From Vulcanimicrobiota bacterium (GTDB lineage Bacteria > Vulcanimicrobiota > Vulcanimicrobiia > Vulcanimicrobiales > Vulcanimicrobiaceae), in assembly GCA_963714015.1 (NCBI GenBank), contig OY970223.1, positions 3,232,001 to 3,296,000 on the forward strand: 64,000 bases of DNA. Direction: 5' to 3'. Position 1 is the first letter of the stretch, and the number at the start of each line of letters is the position of its first letter. The notes under the pieces are model-generated. The model was not told the origin of the DNA and did no database searches. It was given only the letters and a program-made list of their open reading frames with translations. This document shows positions 62,448 to 64,000 of the stretch, in pieces. The position numbers were made by a program, and so were the translations under genes.

Positions 62448-64000
62448 GTGCGAAGATTTTTACTTTCGGTCGCTGCCGCGTTTTCAATTCTTTTTGCCTG
62501 CGGCTTATCCGCGCCGGCGTTTGCTCAGGGTACCGCTACTGTTGCGGGAACAACCGCTGATGAATCCGGCGCCCCAATTGCAAACGTTACGGTCGTTTTA
62601 AAAGGACCTTCGACGCTCACCACGACGAGCACGGCGAACGGTTCGTTCAGCTTTTCGAACGTGACGCCGGGGATTTATATCCTGTCGGCAGCTAAGCCCG
62701 GCTACACCACTGCCGTGCAAAACGACATCACCGTGTTGTCGGGACAAACCACGAATCTCGCGATCCGCATGGGCGCAGCGACGTTTTCGTCGTTGCGTAC
62801 CATTGCGAGCGTTCGGACAACAGGCGCCGGCCTGAACACCAACGCGGCTTCGATAAACGTCGTCAACACCCAAACGTTCGTCGATCAAGCGCAGCCGCAA
62901 GTCACGCGCGTACTCAGCCAAGTGCCGGGCTTGCAAATTTCTTTCCCATCGACATCTACGAACGCAGCCTCGCCCGGCTCAATCACCGTGCCGAATATTC
63001 GTGCTGCCACGTCATACGAGACCGCCTCGCTGATCGACGGACATCCCATATCGGTCGGACAGTACGGCGACAACGTAACGACGTTCCTCAATGCTTTCAT
63101 GTTCGGAAGCGTGGAGGTCATAAAGGGGCCCGGCGCCGACGCACCCGAGGTCAACAACGCCATCGGCGGCACGACGAACTTCCGCACGAAGGATCCGACT
63201 CTTACACCGGCGGCGCAAATGCTGTTCGGCGTGGACAACCGCGGCGGAACGCTCAGCAATTTCAGTTTCTCCGATACGATCGGGCGCTTGGGCTTCGTCG
63301 TCGACGTCGCGACCGACAACAATCCGTCGGCACTAAGCGGAAAGCAAGTGTACTTCGATCCGAGCGGCGGCTTCCTGAGCGGCGGCAAACTGCAAGGCAA
63401 CGAGACGAGCTCGAACGTCGGAGGCACGAGCAGCAACATCACGACCGGATACCCACTCGTCGCGTGCTGCGTCACGCTATACGGAAATCTCGATCAGACG
63501 GCCGAACTGGTGAAGCTGCGCTATAAAGTCTCGCCGGTAACGTCGATGACGGTGAGCTGACCTCGGCGGTCAGTCGTGGAGCGACCAGAACGGCAACACC
63601 TCCGACTTCACGAACGCACAGTTTACACCGGGTTCCGGCTACGCCGGTTCGCTCCCGGCGGGCCCAATTCAAGTCGCGAGCGTCGTTGCGGGAGCGTTCA
63701 GCGGCGAATTCAACAACGAGCCGATCTTCCAGGCGGAAGCTTCGTCAACGCTAGGGGCCGGCTCCGTACTTGCGCGCTACTATCAAGCGACGATTAGCCG
63801 GTATCAATTTCAAGGCGGCAATGCCAGCGGATACGACAACAACGTCATCACCCTCTACGGCACTTCGTCGAGTCCCGGAGTGAATCAAACGTTCAACGGA
63901 ATCCGCACTTCGACCGCATTTGCCGACTACTATCAGGAGCCCGAACTCGACAAGCTGTCCGGCGAGTCGTTCGAATATCAGCATCCGCTCGGAACGAACG
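62448..64000 (+). CDS. TonB-dependent receptor with N-terminal carboxypeptidase-regulatory-like domain (apparent frameshift ~63559; runs off window)
   Basis: Signal peptide, G.PI..V.V, plug motifs VPG...IR...LIDGHP..VEVIKGPG...IGGT.NFRT; the shifted frame stays open to 64000. Confidence 0.88.

Overview
GC-rich bacterial chromosome segment, probably Eremiobacterota/Vulcanimicrobiota (WPS-2). This placement is inferred from the gene content and lipoprotein style, not from a marker gene. Most of it is housekeeping or envelope genes: hldD, a TlpA/MauE/SCO cluster, a sigE-antisigma-rseB operon, etfBA, accDA, hrcA-dnaJ-rsmE with a CIRCE, acs, a DinG-like helicase, add and a TonB-dependent receptor. 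It has two tRNA genes (Leu-TAA, initiator Met). A ~4.5-kb island lies between the intact tRNA-Leu and a degenerate copy of its 3' end plus ~270 bp of flank. The island carries an HTH Rep-like protein, a coiled-coil PD-(D/E)XK nuclease-like protein, a histone-like basic protein, a DUF6338-like protein and a broken serine recombinase. A general-stress-like cluster (31.9-39.7 kb) has Prim-PolC/LigC-type genes and a DUF6496 protein with a 14x21-bp GRKKST(G/S) repeat. All 12 apparent frameshifts in otherwise intact genes can be repaired by a 1-nt indel in or next to AGCT. That points to motif-specific sequencing errors, probably from AGCT DNA modification, rather than real pseudogenes.
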